Assembly: GCA_030704615.1 (NCBI GenBank)
Contig: CM060732.1
Coordinates: forward strand, 6,944,001-7,008,000
DNA from: Takakia lepidozioides
Lineage: Eukaryota; Plantae; Bryophyta
Direction: 5' to 3'
DNA: 64,000 nucleotides
Both the position numbers and the translations under genes were made by a program. The notes beneath the pieces are model-generated. The model was not told where the DNA came from, made no database searches, and saw only the letters and a list, made by a program, of their open reading frames with translations. Shown here piece by piece: positions 1 through 12,872 of the stretch (position 1 is the first letter of the stretch; every line of letters begins with the position of its first letter).

Positions 1-895
1 CAAATCGAGATCAACGGTCGATCCCATTGCCTTCGCTGCAGCAGAGTCGGCCCCAACATCTGCAGGCGGGAAATCCTCCAGGAACTGAGCTTCAGCTCGT
101 GGAAGCGGTTTTGCGGGAGATTGTTCGGCCGTCGCCCTGATTGCCTTCTGCTTCCTCATCCTTGCAGGTGAAGGTGTCTGCTGCAATTGAATCTGTCTTT
201 TACCCTGCTGCTTCATTCGCGTTGGGGGGGGTGAATCGGCCTGAGCCGATTCAGAAGCCAGTAGAGGGACGGGCTGCTTCTTCTTCGACTTTGCTGGAGA
301 AGGGCCCGACCCTTGCTGGCGATTCTCCATGACCGAAGAACGCGAGTCGATCTCTGGGGCTTTGAACTTGCCCTTCGAAGCCGCGTCTTTGAATCGCACA
401 GGGCTAGGCCTGGCAGGAATACCCGTGCTCGGGGATCGGGTGGGTGTACGTGCTGCAGCTAGCTCTTCGGACTCTTCCTTCGGCTCTTCGGATTCCTGCG
501 ATCCCTCCAGCACGTCCACCTTTCCTATTAGGCATGCAAATATGTTCTGTATTCAAGTCTCCTAGGATTCAGTCTAAGAATTACAGAAGCAAAATGGGGG
601 GTTCGGTGCTCGATCAGCTGCGCGCAGCCCGATCGCATGGAGCTCTCACTGGTGGCTGGGTTGCCTGAGTGGCCTGCTGCTCGGAGATGGCAATCTCCTC
701 CTGTAGACGCATCTGCTTCCTCCCCTTTGGCATTGGCCTACGTCCGAAGTATAATTTCCGGAGCTTGCGACGAGGTCTCCTGTCTGGTGCACGAACTCCC
801 CCCCTCTCAGGTTCGAGCATAAGAAGAACAGAGAGAGGGAAAAGGGGCAAAGAGTGCAGATGGAAAGGGCGCGAGAGGGGTGACTGAGGAGACAC
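1..895 (-). pseudogene. 5' exons of the family A ParB-like/methyltransferase gene (low-complexity N-terminus)
   Basis: The motif RRPRRKLRKLYFGRRPMPKGRKQMRLQEEI is conserved with family B SRPRRKLKALYYGRRPISRMAKLKLQQEI (36404+). Homologous to ~17120-18010, which leads into the ParB domain. Confidence 0.65.
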
Positions 896-1169
896 GACAA
901 AAGTAGATGAAACGGCGGTGATGCACCACTTGGGTTCGAAAGGGTTGGACGAAAGTGTCTCCTCGTGGAGTTTGCATCATTACAAAATTCGAATCGTTCA
1001 GGGTACGCCTGCCGTCCGAAAAAAAAACATCATTATCCAACGGTCAGGCCGCGCCGCCTCATGCCCCTTCAGTCAGATAGAGTGTCGACATGTGCAGCAA
1101 TTCCGTTGCTCCACGTGTTCACATTTCAAGGCATTTCCGTCCCAGCGTCTGATGAGTTGGAGTGAAAAT

Positions 1170-2740
1170 GCGAATGCGGCGCCGCATTTCCGTTAAGTAC
1201 CATCACGAAGCTACACATCCGTACTTGTTGGAAGAAAATGCGGCACCGCATTTCCGTTCCACCTTCACATACCTTAGTTGTTGAACGGAAATATGGTGCC
1301 GCATTTCCGTCCCACAGCTCCATGTATGAGATACAAAAAGGAAATGCAGCGCCGCATTTCCGTTCTGGAATGTCGAAAGGTGCGATTCGGACGGAAATGA
1401 GGCACAACATTTCAGTTCCCGTGGTTCATGATTTTCAATGTGAACGGAAATGCGGTACCGCATTTCCGTTCCCCCTTCACATACGTTAGCTGATGAATGG
1501 AAATGCCGTGCCACATTTCCGTTCGGGAAAGTATAGAGGTCTCACCTGGACAGAAATGCGGTGCCGCATTTCCGGTCTGGAAAGTTTGAAGGTCTCACAT
1601 GGATGGAAATGCGGCACCACATTTCCGTACCACAGCTCCAGGCCCCATATACAAAACGGAAATGCGGCGCCGCATTTCCGTTCTAGAATGTCAGAAGGTG
1701 CGACTCGGACGGAAATGCGGTGCCGCATTTCTGTTCCCGTTGCGCACGATTTTCAGTCAGAACGGAAATGCGGTACCGCATTTCCGTTCTATAGAGTATT
1801 AACGTCTGACGCTGGCGGAAATGCTGTGCCGCATTTCCGTTCTGACTGAAAATCGTGAACCATCGGAACTGAAATGCGGCAGCGCATTTCCATCCGAGTC
1901 GCACCTCCCAACATTCCAGAACGGAAATGCGGTACCGCATTTCGGTTCCGATGTTTCAGGATATTTCATTAGAACGGAAATGCGGTGCCGCATTTCCGTT
2001 CTGGAATGTTGGGAGGTGCGACTCGGATGGAAATGCGCTGCCGCATTTCAGTTCCGATGGTTCACGATTTTCAGTCAGAACGGAAATGCGGTACCGCATT
2101 TCCGTTCTGGATAGTATGAATGTCTCAAGCGGTCGGAATTGCGCTGTCTCAAGCGGTCGGAATTGCACTCGGCTCCATGCATCAGATACAAAATGGAAAT
2201 GCGGCGCCGCATTTCCGTTCTGGAATGTCGGAAAGTGCGACTCCGACAGAAATGCGGTGCCGCATTTCTGTTCCCGTTGTTCATAATTCTCAATCAGAAC
2301 GGAAATGCGGTACCGCATTTCCGTTCTAGAGAGTATGAATGTCTTTTAAGGACGGAAATGTGCTGCAGCATTTCTATCCCTCAGCTCTATGCATCAGATA
2401 CAAAATGGAAATGCGGGGCCGCATTTCCGTTTTGGAATGTCGGAAAAGTGCGACTCGGACGGAAATGCGGTGCCGCATTTCTGTTCCCGTTGTTCATAAT
2501 TCTCAATCAGAACAGAAATGCGGTACCGCATTTCCGTTCCACCTTCACATACCGTGCTTGCTGGATGGAAATGCGTTACCGCATTTCCGTTCTGGAGAGT
2601 ATAAAGGTTTCCCCCGGACGGAAACTCGGTGCCGCATTTCCGTCGCTCTGGTGCATGACCAAGAAGCAATATGGAAATGCGGCGCCGTATTTCCGTCCAC
2701 CAGCAATCGAAAGAATCACTCGGGACGGGAAATCTGGAAC
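1170..2740. repeat. Array of palindromes GGAAATGCGGYRCCGCATTTCC at 53-bp period (roughly 30 units)
   Basis: Core starts at 1287, 1340, 1393, 1446 and 1499. Perfect 30-bp palindrome GAACGGAAATGCGGTACCGCATTTCCGTTC at 1442-1471. Spacers cycle through about 5 types. Confidence 0.95.
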
Positions 2741-3108
2741 CTCAATGGGTTGCATTGTTCCGAAACAACATTGCGGCCAGTCTTGATGAGCATAACTTGG
2801 TTGTCTGACCGTTTTAACTAACAGTCCTGGCACTTGTCAGTGCGAACGTTCCTGTCTGCACCGAGAATACTGCTGGATCCACCCTAAGGAGAAACTGTCA
2901 GGAGATGTTATTTCGTCGCCGAATCGGCCATCATTGTCATACTTACTGGCTATGGAATCAAACCTCCCACCTTCATGCATGTAGCTTGAAACAATACTTT
3001 CCACTTCAATGTGTGACTTCCAATCGTCGATGGACTCCGCATGGTGCCTGTGAGCCTTGGTCTGTCGCTATACTGAACCTCGCACTTGCCAACTCCGTGC
3101 GGTGTTCG

Positions 3109-3459
3109 ATGGCTCCAAATTCCTACGCTATAGTTTGTTGTCCTCCGCAACTTGGGAGAGCCTGGATCCCAAACGAGGGAGGACTTTGCAGAGTGACTGA
3201 AACTTACCTTTGTTCCAAATTCAAACTCAAACCGGGCACAGTTTATTTGGAAGAAGAAAGGAAGGATGTTCCTGGACAGGTTGACGAGACCATTGTCGTG
3301 CTAGGTAACGACGGAGGTTGCGGAATCGAATGGCACGTTCCCCCATCAGACACCATCCTGTACCGAGCTGTGGGAATGCCCATTCCCTTCCCGAATCAGT
3401 CGCTGCCCACACCATCCACAAAGGAGTCCGGAAACCGAGAGGCGGCCACTGCCAACAGA
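3109..3459 (+). pseudogene. Transposase N-terminus (MAPNSYAIVCCPP...), cut by an inversion breakpoint
   Basis: Matches 26882-27230. Sequence switches to the reverse complement of the transposase 3' part at ~3460. Confidence 0.7.
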
Positions 3460-6072
3460 CAACGGTGTGTAGGATGCTTAGAACTGTCGTGTCCCATTGT
3501 TCTTGCTCTCACAGGGGTCGGTGGTGGAGGCTGTGGAAGCGGAAATGGTTGTCTGGGGACGTCAGTGCGCTGCACCATCCGAAATCCTGCGGCGGTAAGG
3601 GCGTCGGCCTCAACCTGACTCAGATCGCAGCCTGGTTCCACCGGCCACACCGGGGGAGCCTCTGGCATTGTTTGTATGCCGTACTTGGGCTTTCCATACA
3701 CGCAAGTCATAATGTCGTGCCTGCAGAACCAGAACTGGGTGGTTGTCGCCTCCGCAAATTTTGCATGGACAAATCTTCCTGTAAATGTAGGAGCAGGGAC
3801 AGCCCCATCTGGATTCCTCCTTATCATCTCTAAACAACGTTGCCGTGTATCCACACGAATTGCGGAACACCTTCCTCGAAACGACGGCTTTGTGCGAGCA
3901 ATTCTCCACTGTGAGGCAGACACAGTCGTCTCCACAATGGCTTGGCCATACTGCATAACAGCGGGCGGAATCTGGGGCAAGGGAGCGGTGGGAATTTTTT
4001 GCACGTAATCCCCGGTTGAAGGCGACGGCAATCTGGAATTTCTTGGGCTTCCACTGCTGGAAGACACATTGTGCGGCAACATGACGGGACCTCGAGGTGC
4101 TGTCCGAATGTTCCTGTCGGATCTCCAGGAATCCTCTTCGCACCCGGGTTCCTCTTCAATCCTCCGCCTGACAGGGCGAGTCCGGACGTCCCCCTCTAGG
4201 TGTTCACCTCTGCGGTGCAGAGGTGTCTCTTTGATCTTCTCTCGCAATGCTGTCGCCCATTTCAGTGGATTCTTGGACCTCGAAGCTGTTCGTACCAACA
4301 ATTCCTCCCTGTCCGGCCCAAAGCCCCATTGTTTGCCGCTCAGGAACTTGTAGTACGTGGCTTGCTACATGATTGCTCTGTCGATGTCCTCCGTTGTGGC
4401 CGTCACTACGTCCACCAGATGTGCGGCAGAAGACGCTCGCCAGGAGGAGTGGACCGATTCTGCCATATTCGTGTTCGGCATGTCCGTGTCGGAATCCAAG
4501 CACCGCTCCTAGAAGGACACAAACAATGGTGAGGGACCAATCGAAATGTCCATAACAGAAAGACAAATGAACGAAATTGACAGCAGCCTACCTCCCGCAT
4601 GTACTGTCCGAACTGTCGATACCGAAAATGCCACCACCCCAACCAGCTGTGCAATGCTCCCAGATTGGTTGTCTCCACTGCACCTGACGTGTTCCACCAA
4701 GCCTCGATGATAGCAAACTTAACCTCCGCGTCATCAAATGTGGGTGCATCCTTCCACGCCGTACAAAGGACACGGTGTTCAGCCTGGAATGAGCTAGCAA
4801 CAAATTTGGTAGTGTAGTGGGATAGACTCTGCATCCAATGGAATCCACAGGATCTCTCTTTCCCCTCCATTGGAACATTGGGGTCCTCACCGTACACACG
4901 CCGCACCGCTGCCCAGTTGGCCTGAGCGTTGTCTGCCATGAATCCCCTGAAATTGGGCTCTGGCAATCCCGCCCTTGCCATCTGCTCATTTATGCCCTCC
5001 CACAGATGCATCTCGGACTGTGTGTCCTCCCCTTTCATCTCGCAGATTGCAATCGTCATGAGCCTCTTGGAGTGATAGTCATAAACATGTGCACCCATAG
5101 TCACCCACTGATGGTTTGTAATTCGCTTGATGTGATCAAACATCACCCAAGCATTCGACAAGTTTCCAGTTGTCATGCGAGTGACCAAGTCGACTCCACT
5201 CCCAGGCCCACACGTCGACATTTTGAAAATGTAACAACGATCGGATTCGCTGCCTTGCCCTGGAAACTTGCTACCTTGGATGTAGTCATATCTAGTCATT
5301 CGTTTCACCTCCAGGATTGAGTACATGTCCGACCCCCTGCCGAACTCCTGCTTGCAAAATACGATGAGATTCCGCACATTCGGACTACAAACGTGCGAGA
5401 CGGACTCCAAGAGGTCACGCATCTTGTCTTCGGTCAAGGGCTCTCGGTCGGAACCATCTTCAGACATGATTTTGCCAAGAGCAATCTTGTGGGCTGCCTT
5501 CAGCTGAATTTGCTTTGGTCTGACTCCGGGGCTCAATTTCACCTCCTCTTTTATGATGTCATGTGCTTCCTGCACAGCCTCACGCATGTTGCCTCTCGCC
5601 AAGGGGTGGCAGTGGACATCAACGTGTATGCAAGCTCTAGTCAAGTCCGGGAGCAAATGGATAACGTAATATTGCTTGGCTCTGCACATGGACATGCACG
5701 TCGGTGGTTCTTTGCAATGTGCACACTTGAAAGAACCCGCATGAGCTTGGCTGGAGACAATGAATGGATGATGCGTTGTGCCAGTCCAATCCGTCTCGTT
5801 TCTCCGCCCTCCTTTGGAGAGAAAGTGGAAGCAGGTGGGATTGAGGCACCTTAGCTTCCCCGCACAGAGGACATATCGTACACGAACACCATCAGCAATT
5901 TTCGTGCTACTGGTCTTCGTCACACACCAGGGGTGTCCGTCATGCTTTCGATCCATGTCTGTTAACATCCCGGAGGCTTTGTTTGACGAAGAAACAGGTG
6001 GAAACTCGAAGATGACATTGCCATCGACTTCGGGAGGCAGAAACGTTACCTTTCTGACTGGGAATTTGGCAT
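3460..6072 (-). pseudogene. MULE transposase core (GCM-like Zn domain, DDE domain), inverted block, one intron
   Basis: Cys/His-rich domain ending HxxxHxHP. Catalytic-type motifs VMFDH, FMADNA, SCGFHW (CxxH) and NMAESVH. GT-AG intron at 4509-4591. Confidence 0.85.
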
Positions 6073-6231
6073 GAACGATATAGTAATATCTTAGTTCGAG
6101 CAAAACAGGTTACTGGTAGGCAAGACATATGTCGGACCTTTCTGTGGCCAGAGTCTGAGGTACTGGCAGCAGTACAGTTCTACTATCCGAAAAGGATGGG
6201 CGTACCATTGTATTGGGACCGCAAGCCAAGC

Positions 6232-6612
6232 TCACTGGTCCCCTGGATCCATATTCAGAAGAGTGTGAACCTCCTTGGGGCTCAACCCTGGTGCATGTAT
6301 GAAGTGATGAGTTGTGGAATTACAACGGAGTCTCTTTAGGTACACGTGGTACAAATGCTTGCAAGGGCAGTATGATGCCCCCTTGTTCGCCATGATCTGG
6401 AAGTCGGTGCAATTGCAGGTGGGTAATGCTGAAATGGTGATGGTGTACACATCATTGCGAACAACTGAGCCCGCCGTGGCCATCTGATACACACGCCCGA
6501 ATCCTGGTGGGGGCACTTCTGTCGAGCTCTGGATTGTACAGTTCATCCGAAGTGCATTCCCCATCCTTGTCTCGTTCACTTTTGAGGGAGGTCGCCGCCT
6601 CTTCGGTTTCAC
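6232..6612 (-). pseudogene. Transposase C-terminus with SWIM zinc finger, second inverted block
   Basis: PTCNCTDF...CPCKHLY matches the SWIM CxC-xn-CxH pattern. Reverse complement of 30107-30490. Confidence 0.85.
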
Positions 6613-7197
6613 TTGCTTCCACGTGCATGTATTTTTGTATGTTGGAGGGTTCATGTTTTTCTGCTTTCCGAAAACTTGCTTTCCTCATTCGACCTCCGAC
6701 AAGGAAATGCGGCGCCGCATTTCTAAGTATCGTCGTAGGTACTGGTAGAGGCGGCCTTCGCCAACACCAAACCACTCCGAAATTTTGCACGTGCGAACCC
6801 TAATGCGGCACCTTATTTCCGAGTTCAGTTGCAAACCTTTCCCGCCGAATACCCGAAGAAGATAGAATTGTGAAGTACTGCAGACTGTATTGGTGCAGAC
6901 TCCATTGGTTCAATCGCGGCAAAAGGGTCAGCTTCATTCCAATGTTAAGGCATGTAAAGCCGCGGAATACTCTATACAGGCCAGTATGCGACATCCTTTT
7001 GCAGTGGTATACTGGATTTCCCGTTGCACGGTCACTTATTTCCATGAGCGGATCTAAAAAACCATGAGCGGACTTGTTACTGACGACATATCTTCGCCGC
7101 ATTACATGATCTGGAACGTCCAAAAACGGCAAGGTCAAATAAAAAACTATTATTTTAATACTTGTTTAATCTGCCGCATTTCCAAATTTGGAGGAGT

Positions 7198-7309
7198 CCG
7201 CTCATGAAATCCGCGTATCTTAGACTTCGGCTCACCGCTCATGCGGCTCATGCGGCTCATGGCTCATGGCTCATGGCTCATGGTTTCTGCTCATGAAATA
7301 GTAAACCTC
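7198..7309. repeat. Terminal inverted repeat / element end with tandem GCTCATG motifs
   Basis: The same terminal motif GCTCATGAAATAG+8 nt recurs at 31294, 39430, 47791 and 48317, each at an abrupt junction with unrelated sequence. Confidence 0.8.
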
Positions 7310-9333
7310 GACCAATTAACCCACCAGCCAAGAATACACAGAACAGGTACATAATTACAGCCACTGATTATACTACGAAGTGGGTGGAAGCTAAAGCTTT
7401 GAGGGACAACACAGCCACGTCCACAGCAAGGTTCTTGTATGAGAACATACTTACACGATTTGGCTGTCCCTTGGAATTTATCAGTGATCAGGGAAGTCAC
7501 TTCATTAATGAGACCATTGAATTATTGACTAAAGAGTTCATGATTGTGCATAGGAAGAGTACAACATATTACCCACAGGGTAATGGGCAGGCAGAGGCTA
7601 CCAACAAAATACTATGTACTATCTTGGCTAAGATAGTCAATGCAAACAGAACGGATTGGGATACAAAGCTGCTGACAGCTTTGTGGTCATACAGGACTTC
7701 ATATAAAATCACCACTAAGTATACACCATTCCAATTAGTTTATGGTATGGAAGCTTTTCTTCCAGTGGAATTCCTGTTACCTACCATGAGAACAGAATGG
7801 GGAAAGAGAATGGAATTGCAAGATTCAATTAAGGTCAGGAAACATGAATTATACCATGTGGAAGAAGTATGTGCTGATGCAGCTGATAACATGACCAGAA
7901 TTCAGATGAAGAGAAAGGAACAGTTTGATGAAGGCAAGATAAAGACTTTTAAGACGGGAGATTTGGTTCTCTGGTTGCAGAAGAAGGGGAAGATTAAAGC
8001 TTCTAAGCTTAAATCACCATGGAAAGGACCTTATGTCATACAGAAGATGTATGATAACAACACCGCCATGTTACAAACCATTAACAAAGAGATGCTGGGA
8101 AGAGTCAATGCCAATAAGTTGAAGGGGTACAGTGGTATCCATGACAAACCATTGCAGCATGATTTGCATGTTGAAACGCAAAAGCAGTCACGGGCTGCGC
8201 CAGTGATATCAACAGAGTATGGAGCACTTGTCGCTAGGCCGAGCGTATATAACGAGGGCGGGCAGTACAGGCGCGACACAGCATATCACAGCCCCGCACG
8301 GCGCCACACACCCTATCACAGCCCAGCACGGCGCCACACAGCCTTTCACAGCCCAGCACGGCGCCACACACCCTATCACAGCCCAGCACGGTGCCACACA
8401 CCCTATCACAGCCCAGCACGGCGCGACACACCCTATCACAGCCCAGCATGGCGCGACACACCCTATCACAGCCCAGCACGGCGCAACACAGCCTATCACA
8501 GCTTACCACAATGCCACACAGCCTATCACAGCGTACCACAGTATGACACAGCCTGTCACAGCACAACACAGCCTACTAGGGTTACACAATCCATAGGATC
8601 AGTGACAGATGGACGTGGGTTAACATCCAGAGAGTGGCCAGCGGAAAAGTGGACGAAGGCACGTGTAGAAATGGACACGTGGACGCCAGGGCGAGACACA
8701 CAGCAGGACATGGATTGCAAGGGCGACTGTCATCAAGGAAGACAAAATTGGCCGTCAAAGTACCTACCCGGCACATTAACTTATTATGGGCCCATTAATG
8801 CATACGGGGAAAGGGTAACGGAACCCTTTAAGAGTACCGAAAAGCAAAATCCATGTCACATATGCTATCCTAGTGGACAGTCCAGAGTGGAAAATCCATG
8901 GAAGGAAATTAAATCTAAAATCCAGTCACAGCGGTTACAGCCAATCATAAGCCAGAAGCAGGATCAAGAAATTGGAGGGATTTTAAGCGCAAGAGTCGGC
9001 GTCGTTCCAAGTAACAAGCGTCACGACAGGACAGACCATCAATGCTATAGCTTTGAAGCTATGGAGGAACTAACAGACTATACGCTCGCGATACTACTTA
9101 CGCAGTGGCACGGGGATAGAAGAATAGAGAGTATCTTTTCTCTTAATCGATGCTTGCAAGCCCCGCAGGCTTACAAGAAATTACCCATAGCATTTTGTGG
9201 CAACCATACGTTTATGCTTTGTGCCCTGCAGGCATTTCTTCAATTGTTACAGCCAAAACCTTTCTGTGGGTCTAGAATGAAGAGAGTGAGAGGAATGGAA
9301 GAAATCAGGGTGAAGAGCACCACAATCCTGTAG
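7310..9333 (+). pseudogene. Retrotransposon integrase core and C-terminus, 5'-interrupted by the MULE, with an in-frame extension
   Basis: PINPP..RYIITATDYTTKWVEA, ISDQGSHF, YYPQGNGQAEATNK, TPFQLVYG and WKGPYVI are typical rve motifs. Confidence 0.92.
8272..8572 (+). repeat. 30-bp tandem repeat (CCCTATCACAGCCCAGCACGGCGCCACACA) with a 10-bp sub-period
   Basis: About 10 units. Translates in the pol frame as (TPYHSPARRH)n. Confidence 0.95.
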
Positions 9334-12300
9334 AAACAAACGATTGCTACTCCACAGGCGGTACAGTTACTAAAGGAGCTGCGATTAGAAGGATTGCAAA
9401 GCAAAGATTGGACATTGCACCATAGGCAGTACATGTTACAATTCTTGCAGAACTTTGAGCCTAGGACAGGAGCAACAACGGTGAAGGGAGTTGAATTAGA
9501 AATTACTCCCCTATACCTACAGCAATTGTTTGAATTGCCATCAGGTCAGGTGCATGTGGAGGAGCACGGGGCAAGACTGCAAATAGGGGACTTATTCCAA
9601 GAAGGGAGTTTCTTTAAAACTCAGGGTTATGCTTGTACCAAGGCCGTCTACCCAGGGCTAAGGGAGGTAGGCCAAGTATTGAACGTTCTGTTTGCCATGA
9701 AACAGAACCAACAGTATTTGAGCAGATCCTTCACAGAGGAAATACTCAAAGCCCTGAGAGGAGAAGAGGTAGCATGGGCGGACATAATGTACAACGGACT
9801 GGTAGAGGAGATGAAGAGATTACAAGGCATTGCCGCAAAGTCTCCTATCATAGTGTCTGGGCCAATCATTGCACAAATTATTCTAGACTCGTGCATACTT
9901 GATGCAAGAGAAAGGAAGGAGATGGGAGTGTTTGAGACAGCAACCACTGCCATAGAAGAGCAAGGTTCTTCACAGGGTGAAGGGGGATTGGCAGAGCATC
10001 AACAGCCTAAGAGGCAGAGGAAAGCAATCACATTAGAAGCACAACCATTGGCTACGAGACAGCCAGAGAAAGAAGTTACTCATACTCTTGTGCAAGAGGG
10101 GGCACAGCAGCACAGAGAGATGTGGGTACAAACAACGCAACCTGTGGAGAGAGTTTTTGGAGAAAGAAATGTTAGATTTCCCCACTACAGAACAGGTGGT
10201 GGCAGAAATTGAGAAGGGGGACCTTCTCTATGAAAATTCTGGTTTGGTCAGGGAAATAGTGATTCCGGAGGTGCAGCGGTTGTCCAGGGGAAACCCTGCT
10301 GTTGTTGTAATACCCACACCTCTAACGGAGGTACCACAGGTAGAATGTCAAGACACTATAGCACCTGTAGCGAATGAGGTGATTCAGGAAGAAAATCTGG
10401 TGGGGCAATGCCTGATGGTTCGTGAGGCATCACACTGTTGAGGATCAGGGAGAACAGCAGCAAGCTCACCATGATGACCCTCAACAGGCCATGCTTATGA
10501 GTTCCATAACCAGGACACTTAATTTGTTGGGCACTTATGTCAAATCCCATGTTCCAACTACCCAATTGGCAGCTTTGAAGAAGGAACTCAGGAAGGAGTT
10601 TGAGGCTGGACTTGCCACTAAGTGTGCAAACAAAGTCGATGATGAGGTCACTCTCAAATTACAGCAAGAGTTAGAGGATACAACAGCTGCTTTGCAGTTG
10701 GCCAAGGAACATTTGATTGAAGCAGGCCTCGCGCAGGACCAGTTGCACGAAGCATATAAGCAACAGCTATACCAAATGCAAATGAAGCATGAGAACAAGT
10801 TGCAAGAAGTGAATGCACTACATACAGAGTTGCAGACAGTGCATGATAGGATGGCCATACAATGTGCTACACTCACAACTACACTTGAGCAAACTACATT
10901 AGAAGTTAACAGCCAAGCGGAAAGATGTATAAAGGCACAGGCAGATAATGTCGAGCAGACAAAACTCATTATTGATATGAAGAATACAATCTGTCACAAT
11001 GAGAATACTTTCAAGCAATATAGGCACGTTGAAGCTGACCAAGAGAGGTACATCCTGGAATTGCAACAAACGGTCATGGCCAATAGAAATGAACTCTCTG
11101 TCACTAACAAGGCTTGGAAGGAAGCCAATAATCTGCTTGCTGCCTATGCGAGTTTGGTTGAACCTCATGCGAAGCGCATGGAGGCTTTACAGCAGCAGTT
11201 AGATATGTACAAACTCAGAGAGGAGCAAACTCTCCCCACCTTCTGCAGGTCTGGTTAGCACAAGGACCGGTGGAAGGCAAAGCACCACGGAAGCTCACCC
11301 AAGGCGAGATGAATGAGCTCAGACTGCAGGTGCATAACCAACTACTATAGACAATGTCTATAGTAGGATAGCGGAGTTACATGAGGATGTAGACGGCCTA
11401 CAGACTCAGGTGGGGGACCTCACTTCAAATATCGACAAGAGAGTCTTTGTATCTGAGGAGCAGCTGATGGCTTCTTATTTACAAGCCAGAACTCTAGCTT
11501 TTCAGTCTTCCTCGCAGGGGTTGCAGGAGATGCCAGTGGTACAAGAGCCAGTGCTACTAATACCACAACAAGTGACTGTGCCAGTAGCTAACCCTGTTGT
11601 TACTACAGTCACACCACAGCTGCCACAGCCTGAGGTATGGGGGGATGCTGCTTTTAACCCACCTAAAACTCCTGCTGCACGGGAGTACAGTCGGGCTATG
11701 ATTATGCCCTTCAACCAAATTCCCATTGTGTTGGATTTGGCTTGGAAGGAATTTACTCCTCCGCAATCGTTGGCACATTACTACCAAATCATGCGCATTT
11801 GGCTGCTAGTGGCAACTAGGACTAAGGTTCTTCCGAACAATTGACCCATTGAGGATCATCACTTTGCGAGGTACTGGCATGAGGCAAGTACCATGTTGAA
11901 GGAATTGATTGCCTTCCAAGTTGTACATGGATTCATTTATACCAAGACCAAGGAGGTAGCAAGTATTGTCATGGGCTGCGGGCTATACTACGCTGCTTGT
12001 TTTCTGGCACGTTATCACATTGAACAACAGAAGATGCAATCGCGCTTTCTGAGTTATTCCAGTGGGGATCATTGGATCTTACCTTCAGTGCCACCTCATA
12101 TGTACCTATATGAGGCAAAAGTTATGATGCAAAAGGATTCTCAAATTCGTTCATGGTTTCATGCGGCCTGGAACAATTTGTCAACACAGAAATTCGGGCC
12201 TGACAATATTTTCTTTAAGGGCCATGAGGCATGGAAAAACTTGCACAATTCACAAGTCATTGGTACACCACTCACCTGGACAGACAAGGAGTTCAGGGTC

Positions 12301-12410
12301 TTCACCAATTTTGCCATTCAGCGCTTACAACAAGTTTTGCAGTTTAAACTTCCAGACATGGTGGGACCACATTGTATGCCCCAGACGATTCCAGTTAGAG
12401 TTCGACCGCA
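9334..12410 (+). pseudogene. Extra 3' ORF of the gypsy element (globular N-terminal part, coiled coil), broken by stops and frameshifts
   Basis: Consecutive long ORFs 9394-10212, 10422-11258 (heptad-rich), 11410-11844 and 11893-12474. A diverged paralog at 13411-14165 keeps the amino-acid sequence. Confidence 0.7.
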
Positions 12411-12424
12411 TCAGGGCTTGGGAA

Positions 12425-12872
12425 ATAGGGGGGAGAGCACATCTCTGAGTGGAAAGATGAAGAGCACGGAGTAGGAGAAGTGACGATCTGTTGTTACTTG
12501 ATGAATGCAAGCTGTAGAATTATAATGTAGAGTAGATTAGAGACACCATGGCTTCAGCCTGATACTTGATAGATATTAATCTGATACATACTTCATACTC
12601 ACACTATGTAGACAGACCTGAGTGAAGCTATAGAAAGAATGGATGGAACTTGATAGATTTCTGAAGCAAACTGATACTTATGCAGATAGTAAGGTAACTC
12701 GCTAACATGAATGCGGGAAGGAGTACAATTAGGAAACACCCCCATGATACACTAGTTGTAGGTCATGACTGATTGTTCTGAGCGGGCTGAGTGCTTAGAG
12801 ATTTCCAACTCTTCTATCTTGGAGTTCCCACCTTGGATAGTGAAGGGATGGGTGAGTAAAAGCCGCTCGACA
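12425..12872 (+). repeat. 3' portion of an LTR ending ...GCCGCTCGACA, nested in the gypsy 3' region
   Basis: Homologous to 49261-49420 and to the reverse complement of 34793-35170. Terminal CA at 12871-12872. Left edge approximate. Confidence 0.75.

Larger units (their letters stand above)
1..7309. mobile_element. Mutator-like DNA transposon, family A, copy 1 (runs off the left window edge; internally inverted)
   Basis: Near-identical to 23588-31294. Contains the 5' exons of the ParB-MTase gene, a palindrome array and transposase pieces. Ends in ...GCTCATGAAATAGTAAACCTC at 7309, which abuts a gypsy integrase. Confidence 0.85.

Noticed and set aside
1170-2740. CRISPR array
   Set aside because: Spacers recur cyclically instead of being unique, no cas genes are present, and the context is an intron-containing eukaryotic transposon.
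6800-7138. 112-aa subterminal ORF repeated at 30800-31138 as a third gene
   Set aside because: The two copies are nearly identical at DNA level, so conservation is uninformative. I saw no counterpart in family B and no recognisable motif.
1-7309. Copy 1 as an assembly duplicate of copy 3
   Set aside because: The right-hand flanks differ (gypsy integrase versus family B ParB exon) and each copy has private indels, which supports independent insertions.
9394-12474. Retroviral env gene
   Set aside because: No signal peptide or clear transmembrane helix is visible, so it is reported only as an extra ORF.
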